A program made the position numbers and the translations under genes. A stretch of DNA of 64,000 nt from Azolla caroliniana (Eukaryota; Plantae; Polypodiophyta): assembly GCA_043228905.1 (NCBI GenBank), contig JBHGNT010000015.1:682001-746000 (forward strand), written 5' to 3'. Numbering within the stretch: the stretch's first letter is position 1; the number at the start of each line of letters is the position of its first letter. Below the pieces are notes generated by a model, which saw only the letters and a list, made by a program, of their open reading frames with translations, was not told the DNA's origin and searched no databases. Positions 35,747 through 48,800 of this stretch are shown here, piece after piece.

Positions 35747-36210
35747 GAGGTCAAATATGACATATCAGACACAAAAAATATTACATTTCATGTAATACAT
35801 ATGAAAGTGAGTAGCGAGCTACTCTCGATGTTGAAGAACTTTACCAATGAACGTTGCAATTGAGAGTGCACAATTGCCATTGCGTGAGGAATTCATGCAA
35901 AGGTTGGTTTTGGTCGAAGATTTGTGGAAAGCGTGGTCAAACATGATGAAAGGCAGAGCATTGTATCAAAGTGTGACACTCAAATTCTCGAACTTCTTTA
36001 GGGCAAAGTGTGCATAGTCGACCACTCTCATCACTTGTCCCCAACACCTCGTCTCACATCACAATGTGTGTGAGCTAAGTCGCCTGGAAGCAATGCTCCA
36101 AATGGTAGGCAATGGGATGAGCTCTAACATGAATCAATGTGTACAATTTCCATGTTCCGTGAAGAATATGGTTTTGTAGTTAGGTGCAACATGTGTAGTA
36201 TAATGTGTGA
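35747..36210 (+). repeat. Dispersed repeat; second copy at ~63329-63770
   Basis: Colinear similarity, e.g. 'aatattacatttca.gt.ataca.tgaaagtgagtagcga', 'gaactttaccaatgaa.gttgcaattgagagtgcaca', 'atagtcgaccactctcatcacttgt'. Confidence 0.85.
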
Positions 36211-36664
36211 TGCGTGAAACTCTACATTGACCCATGTTATGATACATTGGCATTGCAAAAAGGCCTCATTTACAAAGGAATCTAGTGATGCATCATGATG
36301 CAAGTGTGTTGCATCCCACCTATCAAACCATTTTCCATAACTTGTAGCCAATCATAACACAAATTTTTGCTTTTATGCGTCTTCTGGATCTTTTTGCATG
36401 CTTCCCAAGCGATTCTAGAGAGAAAGTATGATAGAAGGGTGTTTATAGTGTTCTCACATCAATTGTAACATTCAAAGTCTCATGAATCTGTTGCACCAAT
36501 ACAGTCTACACCATTGTTTGACTCTCCACGTCATCATCACCACCCTAGCTCTATGGAGAAGCTAAAACACAAGGTACATGAGACACTTCAGAAGGTGAGA
36601 TCTCGCAAAAAGAAACATGCCCCCCTGTGGTGAAGGAAAGGATGAACATTCTAGAAGTACCAAT

Positions 36665-37431
36665 TGTTACGAGCATAACCATAAATTATCCCTTGGTAAG
36701 TTTGTGCAATAGTATTCTATACACATGGATAAAGTCTGAGGGATTAAACGAGAGTGTAATGAAGGGATGATTACTTATAATCCTAAGAATTGAGACAACC
36801 CATAAGGGCCAAGTGTGAACTTGCTTGGGGCCTTAGGTTTGGCTAAAAATATGAGGCCTAGCTACCCTCATTAGAGGCATCATTCGACTACGTCAAGACT
36901 CGAGACTCTGATATTGTGGTGATCAAACTCTTGTGGTGAGCACTAGTACTAGGTATGACTTGATGCTAAGGCGGTGGTATGGGAAGTTGATCGAGGCTCG
37001 AGTCTGTCTCGATCCCTTCAGTCAAGGTTGGTCGGGTGGATCAACACCCATCTTTCTCTTTCCTTTCTTATCTATCTATCTATTATATTCCTTGGCATAT
37101 GCTTACATAAGGATTAAGCTCTACAAACTCTTGTAGCGAGTGCACCAATACCAGGTACGACTCGATGCCAAGGCAATGGTATGGGACGCCAATCGGGGCT
37201 CGACATAGTCAAATGATGTCTCAAATGAGGGTAGTTAAGCCTCATATTTATAGCGAGACCTAAGGCCCCTAGGCAAGTTCACACTTAGCCCTTATGGATT
37301 GTCTCAATTACTAGGATTAAAAGCAACCCTCCCTTTTTTACACTCTCGTTTAACCCTCGCACTTTATCCACATGTATAGAATACTATGGTACAAACTTAC
37401 CACGAGATAATGTATGGTTATGCTCGTCACG
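36665..37431. mobile_element. Fold-back insertion element, ~767 bp, ~235-bp imperfect TIRs, TG...C(A/G) ends, inferred 5-bp TSD
   Basis: 36665-~36900 is the imperfect reverse complement of ~37195-37431 (TGTTACGAGCATAACCAT... / ...ATGGTTATGCTCGTCACG). Flanks CCAAT and CTAGT are each one transition away from CCAGT. Confidence 0.75.
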
Positions 37432-37809
37432 CTAGTAGTAGTGAAGATGAATGGGGAGAACATCAACATGAGTAAATTTAGAACATGGTCTATTTAGTGT
37501 GTATTCCATCTTATATGTATGTTGGGCTTTTTGGGTTTTGGTTCAATTTCAATAATGTTTTGTGGAAAAAGGAAACAAGAGTTGATGTCCTAGTAAGGTT
37601 TCTCTTTCTTTCCATCATTTGATGGAGTTTTTGAACTCAAATACTTCTATATACCTATTTTTAAGTAATGAACAAATATATATGTGAACATGATGTTTGT
37701 ATTCAAATGTTTATGAATATTTCATTCAAAGTTGACTACTAAAAGAAAAAAAAGTATATGACAGAATAAAAATATATTATAATAATGAAGACTACAAAGA
37801 TAGGATAAC

Positions 37810-40800
37810 TTTGAGAGTCGAGAGCTCGGGGGTAATTAAAGTCTCACTAGAGTCAAATGCTCGAAGGAGTCTAACGCTTCCTACATTCAAGTGCTAGTAG
37901 GAGCCAAAAGGTTTGCTAGAGTTGAACACTCGTTAGAGTCGAACGTTGTCGTGATGTGGAGTGACAACGGTGAGAAAATCATGTGAAAGCGTGCTAATGA
38001 GGGCATGCAAGCGTGGGCTTGATTTAAGGAGCCTTTATTCCCTTTGAAAATGAGGGAGAATAACATGCATTAAATGTAAAGTGGTGCCCTCCTCCCCTTG
38101 TTTACCTATAAAAGGAGGAAGAGGGCCACACAATGGGGTTTGGCTATTTTGGGTTCCTTCTTTTGGGCATTGGGGAGTTTTGGGTTTCTTTTGGGGAGCT
38201 CTCCCTCTCTCTCTCTCTCTCTCTTTTTCTTTTTTTTTCATAAATAATGGCTTTCATTACGAAAGAAAAAACACCACCATGACTAACTTACAACAAACTA
38301 TAGAACCCCCTCTATCTAGGGATCTAAAGAAAACTACAACACTAAACTCAATGCCACCCTACACACCAATTCAAATGGCGAATATGATGATATGTGACCT
38401 TGCAGAGTTCTCTCTCTTCCTGGTTGAGATTTCGTGACTTCTCTAGCAATGTCAATTGCCACAAAAGAAGTCCTTTTAACTTTAGAACATATTTTCTCAC
38501 CCCCACTTGCGAATAAAAAATGAAGGCCTTCCGCATATTCCAATTGAACCATAGCCCCCAATACCTCAAGAACTCAAAAATAATTTTAGAATGAGGCATT
38601 GGTTCATTGTTCTCCATATGTGCAAAAACCCAATTGAAGGAAGATGGACGTACTCCGGTTAGAGACATCCACACTAAACTGATACACCTCCAAACCATCC
38701 TTGCCATCGGGCAGGAAATAAATCGATGTCTACTATGTTCCAATTCTACGAAACAAAAGAAACACAATCCTTTAGTAATGTTTCTTTTTTTTAATGCATC
38801 CCTCAATGGTAAAGCTCCAATCATAACTCTCCAAACAAATACCTTGGCTCGTAGTATTAATTGAGAACACCAACCTGCCTTGATCACATGAAGCCACCAA
38901 GTAATGGGCTTATGAAACCCTCATATCTTTATAACCCTTTCTTCCAACCACTTATGTTTGTTAATCAATGTGTGATAAGCAACATTTGTTGAGATCATAG
39001 TCAATCTCTTATTTCCAACAAACCTCCAATCAAGCTTTTGAGATCACCCATCTAAATAAGGATTTGGCTCATACGAAGATAGTATTTGTTGCAACTTATC
39101 CCAAATAAAGGTATAACCTTTTGGAATACAAAATGTTGATCTGATTGTTCGAAAAGCCATTAATCTTCTTTGTGATACCAACATAGCATCCTTAATTGTT
39201 ACCAAACCCAATCTAGCCATCCGATTAAATTGAAGGTTAAAATTTTGCTTACCTTCCCACTTCAACAACCTTAATGTCGCCAAAACCTGCATTTGTAATG
39301 AATTGGCACATCCCCTTTCTTGTGGGGGATGCCATTCCACAAAATCTAACATACTTTGCCATGATGTCAATAAATGATCAACTATCATAGACCCTGCACA
39401 TTTGACATCCCTATCAGAATTAATTACATTCCACCAATTTGCTTCAACCTTCATGTTTCCAAGCTTTATTCCGTTCTTCTCTATAAAGTATGCCACCATT
39501 TTTGTCAAAGGTTGTACACCTTCAAACATAAATCGAATGAAAGTAAATTGGCGAGCCACCATATGCTCATATAGATTTAATATTGATGCCCCGCCAAGAC
39601 GCTTCAGAGTACAAACATGATCCCATGCCAACCACGACAAGGCGCTTTTCCCTTTTCTTTTCCATAACAACATTCGCATCGAGCGTGTCAATATTTCAAG
39701 AGCTTTCTTTGACCATGGGAGCAAAGGAAGATAATAAGATACCATAGAGACCATAATCGATTGGGCCACCTTAAGTCGTACATGAAAAGGCCAAATTTGA
39801 GACCTCCAATACATAAACGTATCCTCCAACCTTTTGGACACCCACTCAATAAGTTTCACATGAGAAACTTCCACCCCAATTGGATATCCAAGGTGACGAA
39901 AAATCATACCACGATGTACTATCCTTCCTGACCACCCCAACCCCAACACATCTTGTTCTGTACATGAAATGAGGACAAATTTATGTATATTAATTCTCAA
40001 CCCTAAAGCATTTGAAAACAATCCCCACACATCTCTTGTCTTACTAATATTTTCCCGATTAGGTGCCAAAAACATAATATGGTCATCTGCTAGAGCTTGA
40101 ACAATACATGGCTTCCCTGATGGCAACCTTAGTCCAAGCAATTCTTCCTCCATAGCCATATTGTGTAACTTAATGAGAATAGGATGTGTCACAATAGTGA
40201 ATAGTAAAGGACTTACCAGGCATCCTTGTCTAACTGACCTCCATTAAACATCACAAGTGAAACCGAACCCTCCCCTAATGTGTATATCAACTTAGACATA
40301 CGATCACCAAAACCCATATGAGACATCAATTAATTTATAAACGACCAATCCACATTATCATAGGCTTTCTCGATATCCAATTGTAGCAACACCAATTCTT
40401 GCTTCGAATCCTTTGCATAGTCAATTGCCATTTGAACATTTAAAATATTATGTAAAATGTCTCTTTTTGCTAAAAAACCATATTGAGCATTATGAATAAT
40501 AGAAGGTAAAACCTTATGCAACCTATTGGCTATCACTTTTGCAAAAATCTTGTACATTCCCCCCATCAATGAAATAGGCCTCCATTGAGCAAAGGAAGAT
40601 GGAGAAGGCACCTTCGGCAAAAGTTTTATCAAACCAATCTTCCAAGAATGAGGCATTTCCCGTGATTTCCACACCTTCTGAAATAAAACCGTAAAAGGCC
40701 CCTTTAACTTAATCACATATTTCTTAAAGAGTTCATTTGTTAATCCATCCCACCCAAGACTCTTATCATTAGCAAGATGTGACATGACATGTTCCACCTC

Positions 40801-43800
40801 ATCCTCTGAAATATTAGCATCTAATGATTGTGCCACATCATGCGATACATGATTTTTCACTCCATTAAAAAATACATCTCTATCCTTTTTAACATTATCA
40901 TCAATACAAACTTGTACATCCAACAATTGTGTATAATAGTGTATGCATTTCTTCACAATTTCTTGAGGATCGGAACACGTGATACCATTTTCCTCTAACC
41001 TTACCACATTATGTCGTGCATGTGATTCATGAAGGTCATGAAAAAACTTATGTGATTGACAATTAGCATCATCCACTTCTTGTCCTAGACAATGTAGTCT
41101 AGTATGTTGATAATTTTTTTCCGTTAGATCATGTATCGCAGAAATTAATACCTCTTGATATCCCAACAACTCTACATCCGTTGGCCAATAAGTTAACAAT
41201 GAGTTGCATTTATCAAGCAAATTTTCTAGGAGACTTAATTTCTTTCTCCTTTTAAACGCATGGTGAATTCCATAATACCTAGTTAACCTCTGAACATTTG
41301 CAACAAATACTTCCCACACTTCATACCCATCAAATTGAACATGATAGGCAAATGCATCAATCAATTGACACATATAGGCATGGAAAACCTCATGATCCAA
41401 AAATGATGAATTAAAAATCAACGATGGTTTTCCTAAAAACTCATGAAAAGCTCTAATTGAGTGGTGAGTGAATTCAAAAATTAATGGGAAATGATCTGAT
41501 ATAATTGACCCATAAGACACTGAAATATCCAAAATCTCTGGTAAAAATCCTTTGGTATGCATTACATACATTCGATCCAACCTACTCCAAGTATCCTTAT
41601 ATTGTGCCGATTGAAAGGTATAACCAGGTTCATCTCCCTTAATCCATTTCCATACATCCCTTAACATGATTTCAGTCTCAAAATCTCCCCATTCTTGAGA
41701 CTCTGGTTCATCCATAATAGAGTGGATGGATGTTGATTGATTTGTCTCACAACAAACATTAAAATCTCCCATCAATAAACTGGGTCTACCATTATCAAGC
41801 ATCGAGGTCAGAGATCTCCATAACAACTTTCATTCTTGTGAAACATTCGATGCATACACACCAACTAACCAAAGAATTTGCCCTTCATAACATATCTCTA
41901 CCACAATAAATCTTCCAAATTCATATGAAACAATTACTTTTGGGTGAAATTTATCTTTTATAAACATGACAATCCCAAAATAGTCCCCATGAACCTTGCC
42001 AACATAACATAATGTATAACACTTAGAACAACTAATTAAACTAGCATTACGATGATCTTTATGCTCTCATTACGATGATCTTTATGCTCTACTGCACATA
42101 AAATATCCCATTGCTCACTTAACACAATCCTCCAAACCTCATGCATTCTAAATCTAGAACACAAACCCCTCACATTCCATGTGGTGATCTTCATACTTTA
42201 CTTTTTCCTTTTATTCGAGAAATCTCTTTCTCCTTCACTGTTAATGTTTCTGCCCTATCCTGAAATAAATCCCCTAAGATTGCATATGAATTACTATGAG
42301 AATGCAAAACTCCAGACCCTGATGGCTCCTCATGTGAACGAGGCACCAATTTCCGTTTATTCCAAGGAACATACAAATTACCTTTATTATCAAAAGATAA
42401 TTTCTTTGGATAGTCCTCTTAACGAACCCATGGTTTATTCCGCATGGGATTTGTTTGTTGAATCTGTGTGCCCTTCTCCATAGATACATTATGTCCAACA
42501 TTCTTATTAGACTTCTTCATCTTTCCAGAAACTATTGACCATTGTCCTTCGTCCTCTAGAGTCTTTCCATCCTTCTCATTCACAATTTGTGGTTCCTTTG
42601 TTTGCTCTGAAATTGTCAAAGTTTGAATCTAATCATGATTTGTAGGCTCTTCATGTACCACCTCCACTACATTATTTCTTTTTTGAGGACACTCAACCAT
42701 AAAATGCCCCAACACACCACAATGGAAACAATGTCCTGCAAATGTACCCCATTTAAGCCGAAAATACATAGGTGGCATACTAGAGCATGCAATCTGTAAA
42801 CAACTTGGCCTCTTTATAGCAGTATTCCAAAGAATACACATCCGATATCGATTTTGAGCATTAGCACTAGGAGGTACCAAGATCTTTCCCAACTTTTCCA
42901 TTGCGGACCGTAATATTGGCCAAACCACTGAATATGTGCACTCTACCTCAACCCATACGGGACACTCTTGCTTTAATATATCTTGGTATTCCACTAGTGG
43001 CCTCCACGGAACAATATGAACCAAACTTTTTTCATAAAAAACTAGCAATTTATTTAGTAATTTCTCTTTATACTCTTGTGATACCAAAACAACCTCATAA
43101 AATCCACGAGGACCGACATAAACATCCTGAACACAATCAGCTAGTAAAATCCCACATAACCATTGTTTGACCCTCCAAAGGAAAGGTATCTTCCCCGTGA
43201 AAAACAATATGACCCCTTTATCACATAAATTAGCAAATGAGCCCAAAAACTCCTTATTATCAATTTCTACCTTAGCCACTTCATCGTCAACAAACTCCTC
43301 AGCAACTTTCACATTCTCCCTTATACAATCTTCCATTAATATATTTGCCATGCATCTTAAATGTTCCCAATGACTATCATCTTTCTCAATATCATCGCGT
43401 CGCATTGCATCAGCATAAGACATGGCATACTATTATCTCCAATACATCGTTTTCTTTTACCATCCCCTCTTGGGCTCGAAACTGACTCAACCATGCATGC
43501 ATCCTTTTCAGAATTTGGAGACTCATCCATATTCATGAAAACACTATCATCCATATGACAAGAATTAGGAAAGAGCTCACTTACAAGTAATTGTGTTGGA
43601 GAAGGAGTCAAAGCAAGCGATCATGAGATGCATGCAACCGAATTGAATTTTTACTCGCAGAGTTCTACCAAGACCCCCAAATGATATGTGCAGATACTCT
43701 TTAGAAATCTCTCCGCGCAAGCTTCGAAACGAGCCAAAGAACAAAGGAAAGGGACACTGTAGCAAGAAGATACATCAAAAATAGTGTTTTTCCATCTCCA

Positions 43801-43817
43801 ACTTTGTGTTTTCTCTC

Positions 43818-43851
<34 letters not shown>

Positions 43852-44170
43852 ACCTTCTTGCTCTCTCTCCCACTCACCTTCATCTCACATCCTTCTTCAT
43901 CCTCTCCTCCCATTTACTCTTTTTTTTTCTCTTGGCATTGTACTCTTGTGTTACACCGAATCCGACCTAAGCGTCGTCGTTGTAATCCCACAATGGCTTG
44001 AGTTTCGTATAAAGAAAAAAAAGATTGTTGTATTCTGTGGTGTCTGAATCTCATCCCCTCTCATTCTTGTCATTTCGGTCGTCATCCTTACCACTTCGGC
44101 AACGGTGTTGTGTCTCTAAGGGCGGAATCACTTGTTGAGATGTCATCGGTTGCTAGTGGTAGCCATCACA
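37810..44170 (+). mobile_element. LTR-like sequence (37810-38230 plus 43920-44170) split by the L1 insertion
   Basis: CCTATAAAAGG TATA at ~38105, then a pyrimidine tract. The sequence resumes after the LINE and ends ...CATCACA at 44170. The left boundary is uncertain. Confidence 0.5.
38230..43916 (-). mobile_element. Near full-length L1-clade LINE, lightly decayed (ORF1 ~43560-42191, ORF2 42194-38348)
   Basis: ORF1 has a zinc knuckle CFHCGVLGHFMVEC. ORF2 endonuclease: MKITTWNVRGL, MGDFN, SRLDR, SDHFP. RT: WRPISL, LDIEKAYD, RQGC, LADD, HLGYP. zf-RVT: KVFVWR...CFFC...HRFISC. A-rich tail at ~38230-38239; both ends lie in a CTCTTTTT tract. Confidence 0.95.
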
Positions 44171-45583
44171 CGTCAAGTGTGAAAGCTCGATGTCCAACAA
44201 AAACTCATTGAGCGAAAGCTCAACGAGTAAGAATACTCGACGAGCAGGAGACTTATCCAACGAAAGCTTGACGAGTAAAGCACTCATCAACTGTTCGTCA
44301 ACAAGTCTCATCAAGTGTCAATACTCGACGAGCCGAAATCTTGGCGAGACAAAGCTCGACGAGCATCAAGGTCATGAGGCCAACCAAGTTGAACCTTCTT
44401 ACCCTCTTTGGCTCCCTAGTATGAGGCCTCCGTGGTCCCGCCCATATGACACATACGCACGAAATTCTCGCGAGAGTCGTTGAATAGAATTGGTTCGAGT
44501 AATTCAAGAAATCCTCTATTTCTCAGGAGTATTCTTGGATTTTCTAGATTGTTCCAAAGTATTCTAGAATATTCATGAATTTTCTAGATAGATGATAATA
44601 ATAACATAATAACATAATTATCTTAATGGTAAGGCTTTGATGAGTATATCGTACGGTCACAGGTCGACGAGCATCAAGATCATGAGGCCAACCAAGTTGA
44701 ACCTTCTTACCCTCTTTGGCTCCCTAGTATGAGGCCTCCGTGGTCCCACCCATATGACACATGCATGAAATTCTCACGAGAGTCGTTGAATAGAATTGGT
44801 TCAAGTAATTCAAGAAAGCCTCTATTTATCATGAGTATTCTTGGATTTTCTAGATTGTTCCAAAGTATTCTAGAATATTCATGAATTTTCTAGATAGATG
44901 ATAATAATAACATAATAACATAATTATCTTAATGGGAAGGCTTTGATGAGTATATCGTACGGTCACAGGTCGACGAGCATCAAGGTCATGAGGCCAACCA
45001 AGTTGAACCTTCTTACCCTCTTTGGCTCCCTAGTATGAGGCCTCCGTGGTCCCATCCATATGACACATACGCATGAAATTCTCGCGAGAGTCGTTGAATA
45101 GAATTGGTTCGAGTAATTCAAGAAATCCTCTATTTATCATGAGTATTCTTGGATTTTCTAGATTGTTCCAAAGTATTCTAGAGTATTCATGAATTTTCTA
45201 GATAGATGATAATAATAACATAATAACATAATTATCTTAATGGGAAGGCTTTGATGAGTATATCGTATGGTCACAGGTCGACGAGCATCAAGGTCATGAG
45301 GCCAACCAAGTTGAACCTTCTTACCCTCTTTGGCTCCCTAGTATGAGGCCTCCGTGGTCCCATCCATATGACACATACGCATGAAATTCTCGCGAGAGTC
45401 GTTGAATAGAATTGGTTCAAGTAATTCAAGAAAGCCTCTATTTATCAGGAGTATTCTTGGATTTTCTAGATTGTTCCAAAGTATTCTAGAATATTCATGA
45501 ATTTTCTAGATAGATGATAATAATAACATAATAACATAATTATCTTAATGGTAAGGCTTTGATGAGTATATCGTACGATCACA
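44171..45583 (-). mobile_element. LTR-like sequence whose terminal 308 bp is tandemly amplified
   Basis: Minus strand begins TGTGA(T/C)CGTACG at 45583. Repeated ctcgacgag motifs at 44200-44365. Confidence 0.55.
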
Positions 45584-45585
45584 GG
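44356..45585. repeat. Tandem array, 4 x 306-308 bp, near-identical
   Basis: Units start 'tcgacgagcatcaag' at 44356, 44664, 44970 and 45278; each ends '...tcacagg'. Confidence 0.97.
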
Positions 45586-45799
45586 TACAAACCTTTTTGG
45601 GACAATATGTGTTAATGAGGTGGGGGGTGAAGCCATTCTATATTGCATTACATGCCCTATAAGGGGTTTATATAGTACATAAAAAATGCAACGGTATAAT
45701 ATTACTATTACAAAAAAGACCGTATATACATTACACATACACAACAGCCACTTTATCATGTTCTACCTTTACACCGCCCCGTACACTCCTACGGGTAAC

Positions 45800-47200
45800 A
45801 AGCTGGAAGAAGTTGGACAACAAAGAGATGCTCATGAAGGTGTTGGACAACGAGATGAAGGTACTGAACAACAAAATATAGGTGTTGAACAACATGCTAG
45901 ACATGGTTTGCAACAACCCGAAAGTGTTGAAACTGATTTTCCTCCAAATTTAGAACCAATCTCAAATAATACTAATCATTGGGTATGAGGTCTAATCATT
46001 TAAGGAGGCAGGTATATAGATATGACCCCTCTTTGCATTATGTCATGCTATCAGATGAGGGTGAACCTCTTACTTATAAAGAGGCAATGTAATGTGAACT
46101 TGGTAGTAAGTGGGAGCATGCAATGCAAGAAGAAATAAAATCTTTGTATGCAAATGATACTTGGGATCTTGTGTCCTTACTTGAAGGAAGGAGTTCCTTT
46201 GCCTTCATATCATAAACTTAGCAAGGTGGATTGTCCAAAGGATGCGATAGAAGTCAATGCTATGAAGGGAATTCCTTATGCATCAGCATGTGGTTCTCTA
46301 ATGTATGCTATGGTACCTATTCGTCCAGATATTTCTTATGCAATGGGAGTTGTCAGTCGCTATATGCTTAATCTCGACAAAGCACATAGGGAGGCTATCA
46401 AGTGTGTTTTCATGTATCTTAAAGGTACACAAAGAAAATGTTTATGCTATAGGAAGGGTGCATTAAGTTTGCAAGGATATTGTGATGCAGACATGGCAGG
46501 TGACTTGATACACACAAGTCTACTAGCGGATATATATTTACATTTGTTGGTGGAGAAGTGTCATCGTGCTCCAAATTGCAAAAGATTGTAGCATTGTGTA
46601 CTACTGAAGTTGAATATATTTCAGTTACAGAAGTTTCAAAGGAAGCTATATGGCTCAACAAACTTGTTGAAGATCTTGGCATGTTTGTGAGTACTCCTAT
46701 GTTAGGATGTGATAGCTAGAGTGTTGTGTATCTGGCTAAGAATGCCATGTTTCATTCGCGCACCAAACACATTGATGTGTGACATCACTTTATCAAACAA
46801 GTTTTGGAGGATGGTCTAGTCACATTGACCAAGATCAAAACACATGATAATCCTACAGATATTCTCACCAAATGTCTTGGCAAAGCTCAACATGAGCATT
46901 GCATGTAGTTGTGGGAGTTACTTGAATGTTCACATCGGACATTTAAGTGGGAGGCTATTAGGTGTAAAGGCCCATAGTTCACAAAATAGGTAATTATTTG
47001 TACAGGTGAACACATTGTTCACTTGGACAAGACACCTCCTTTTGTAATGTGAACACACCTTTTTTTAGGGTTAACTAATATAATAACCTTTTTTCTCGTG
47101 TGCCAATTAAGGCGGTTGGGTACACCAAAAATCTATGTGTCTCTACTCTCATCTCTACTACAGTCCTGTTTGCTGAACATCATCCCTCAATAGATGCTCC
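45800..47200 (+). mobile_element. Internally deleted Copia remnant (IN-RT linker, RT ends, RNaseH, PPT, start of LTR)
   Basis: EPLTYKEAM...WEHAMQEEIKSL..NDTWDLV jumps to IPYASACGSLMYAM...RPDISYA, GYCDADMAGDL, HSRTKHIDV. PPT aagtgggagg at ~46945. Confidence 0.88.
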
Positions 47201-47989
47201 CTCAAACATCTCTCTTTATCTTTATGATCATTAATGATGTTGTTTGGAAGACTATGGTGATGAAACACTTCACGCATGATTAGGTTTGTTGTTTCCTCAC
47301 TAGTGATATCTTTAGTGCATGGCAAGAAATGTGTCATTTTAGCATATCAATCAACTACATAATGTTAAATTTTGTTGCATAGTATGGATATTTGAGCACC
47401 CACATGTTAAGTATTTTCCAAACACTCCACATCATGACGACTTTTTTTATGATGCCAACAATCATTAAAATGCCACAAGGGAGAGAGCTTGTAAACACTT
47501 GAATAAAGGGCCTTACGTCACTATATTGTCATGGGGACAAAGGCCATCATAGCACTAAAAATGTGGAGAATATATAGACATCATGCTATTACCATTTTGC
47601 TTGTTCTTCACTTTTAACTTCTAGAGCTAGAGTTTTGCACCGGTACAAAAAACTTATTTAAAGAAAGATAAGAAAATGGGGAATTGACTTAACAATTTTT
47701 CCATGCACAAGAGAAAGCACATGCATGTGCTAATTTAAAGTTATGGTCAATTAACTCTTGTGGACTTTGTCTATGCATTATAAGAACTTATATGAGCAAT
47801 CAATTGCCGAAAGATGATGTGTTATGGTTCTCTTTCATATATGTGTTTCTTTCTTTATGATTGAAGATGTGTATATAATATATATATATAGCTTAAAAAT
47901 ATATGGTGCCAAGAGAATATACGTTTGCAATTACCCGAATCTATAAGAAAGTTATATGTGTGTGTATAGATGATTGGGACGCCCACTCT

Positions 47990-48800
47990 CACAACTCTAT
48001 TTGGTCTATGCATTAACAATTAGAGCAAGTGATTGTAAATTTTGTAAAGGAAGAAGGTATTAAAGAAGTTGACCCTAGGAATGTAGTCATCGTGCTTTTG
48101 TTGTATGCAAACGATGTGGTGTTTTTTTTAATACTTTAGGAGATGCACAAAAGCTTATGAAGGCATTGAAAAAGTTTTGCATGGATATTAACATGAGTGT
48201 CAATAGCTCTAAGATGAAGATTATGCTTGTGAAGAGCTAAAATAAAGATAAACCATGATAAAGTTGTCATTAGGAATGTAGTCATCATGATTTTGTTGTA
48301 CGCAAATGATGTGGTGTTTTTTCCTTATGTATAGTGAGGAGACACTAGAATCTGTGAAAAGCTTTATAAAATCTGGCCTTAAAGTTGCACCAAACTACAA
48401 AAAATATTCTTTGTTGTATGATGAAACAACACGATCGATATATGTTAGAACCATCCTATTGTCTACCATCGCTTCCATACAATTTAATTCACACCCACTT
48501 TGAAGTGAGAATGGGACGTTGGGGCACAAGTGATAAGACTAATTGCGTATGCAAGTTTTGCCTTGAACAAGTTTGGGAGTTTGAACATCACATGTTGATA
48601 CAATAGTCTGCCTTTTATCACATATGTTTTCCATCATCTTCAACCAAACCTAATCCTTCCACAAATTTCTCTCACAATAAGAGTGTGCATTGTCAATTGT
48701 GCCATTCATTAGTAAAGTTCTTGAGGATCGAGAGTCATTAGTCCTTAGTTTTACATGTATCGCATAAATCACTTATTTTGTCTCCCAAGCAATACAACTC
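47990..48800 (+). mobile_element. RTE-type LINE remnant
   Basis: VIVLLLYANDVV (LYADD-like), duplicated at ~48085 and ~48280; SKMKIML; terminal CKFC...EFEHHML. Confidence 0.6.

Noticed and set aside
38081-38437. 118-aa plus-strand ORF
   Set aside because: Spans the LTR/LINE-tail junction and a CT repeat; chimeric artefact.
44356-45585. Tandem arrays (also 57571-57835 and 61983-62530) as CRISPR-like repeats
   Set aside because: The units are contiguous with no unique spacers, there are no cas genes, and the context is eukaryotic.
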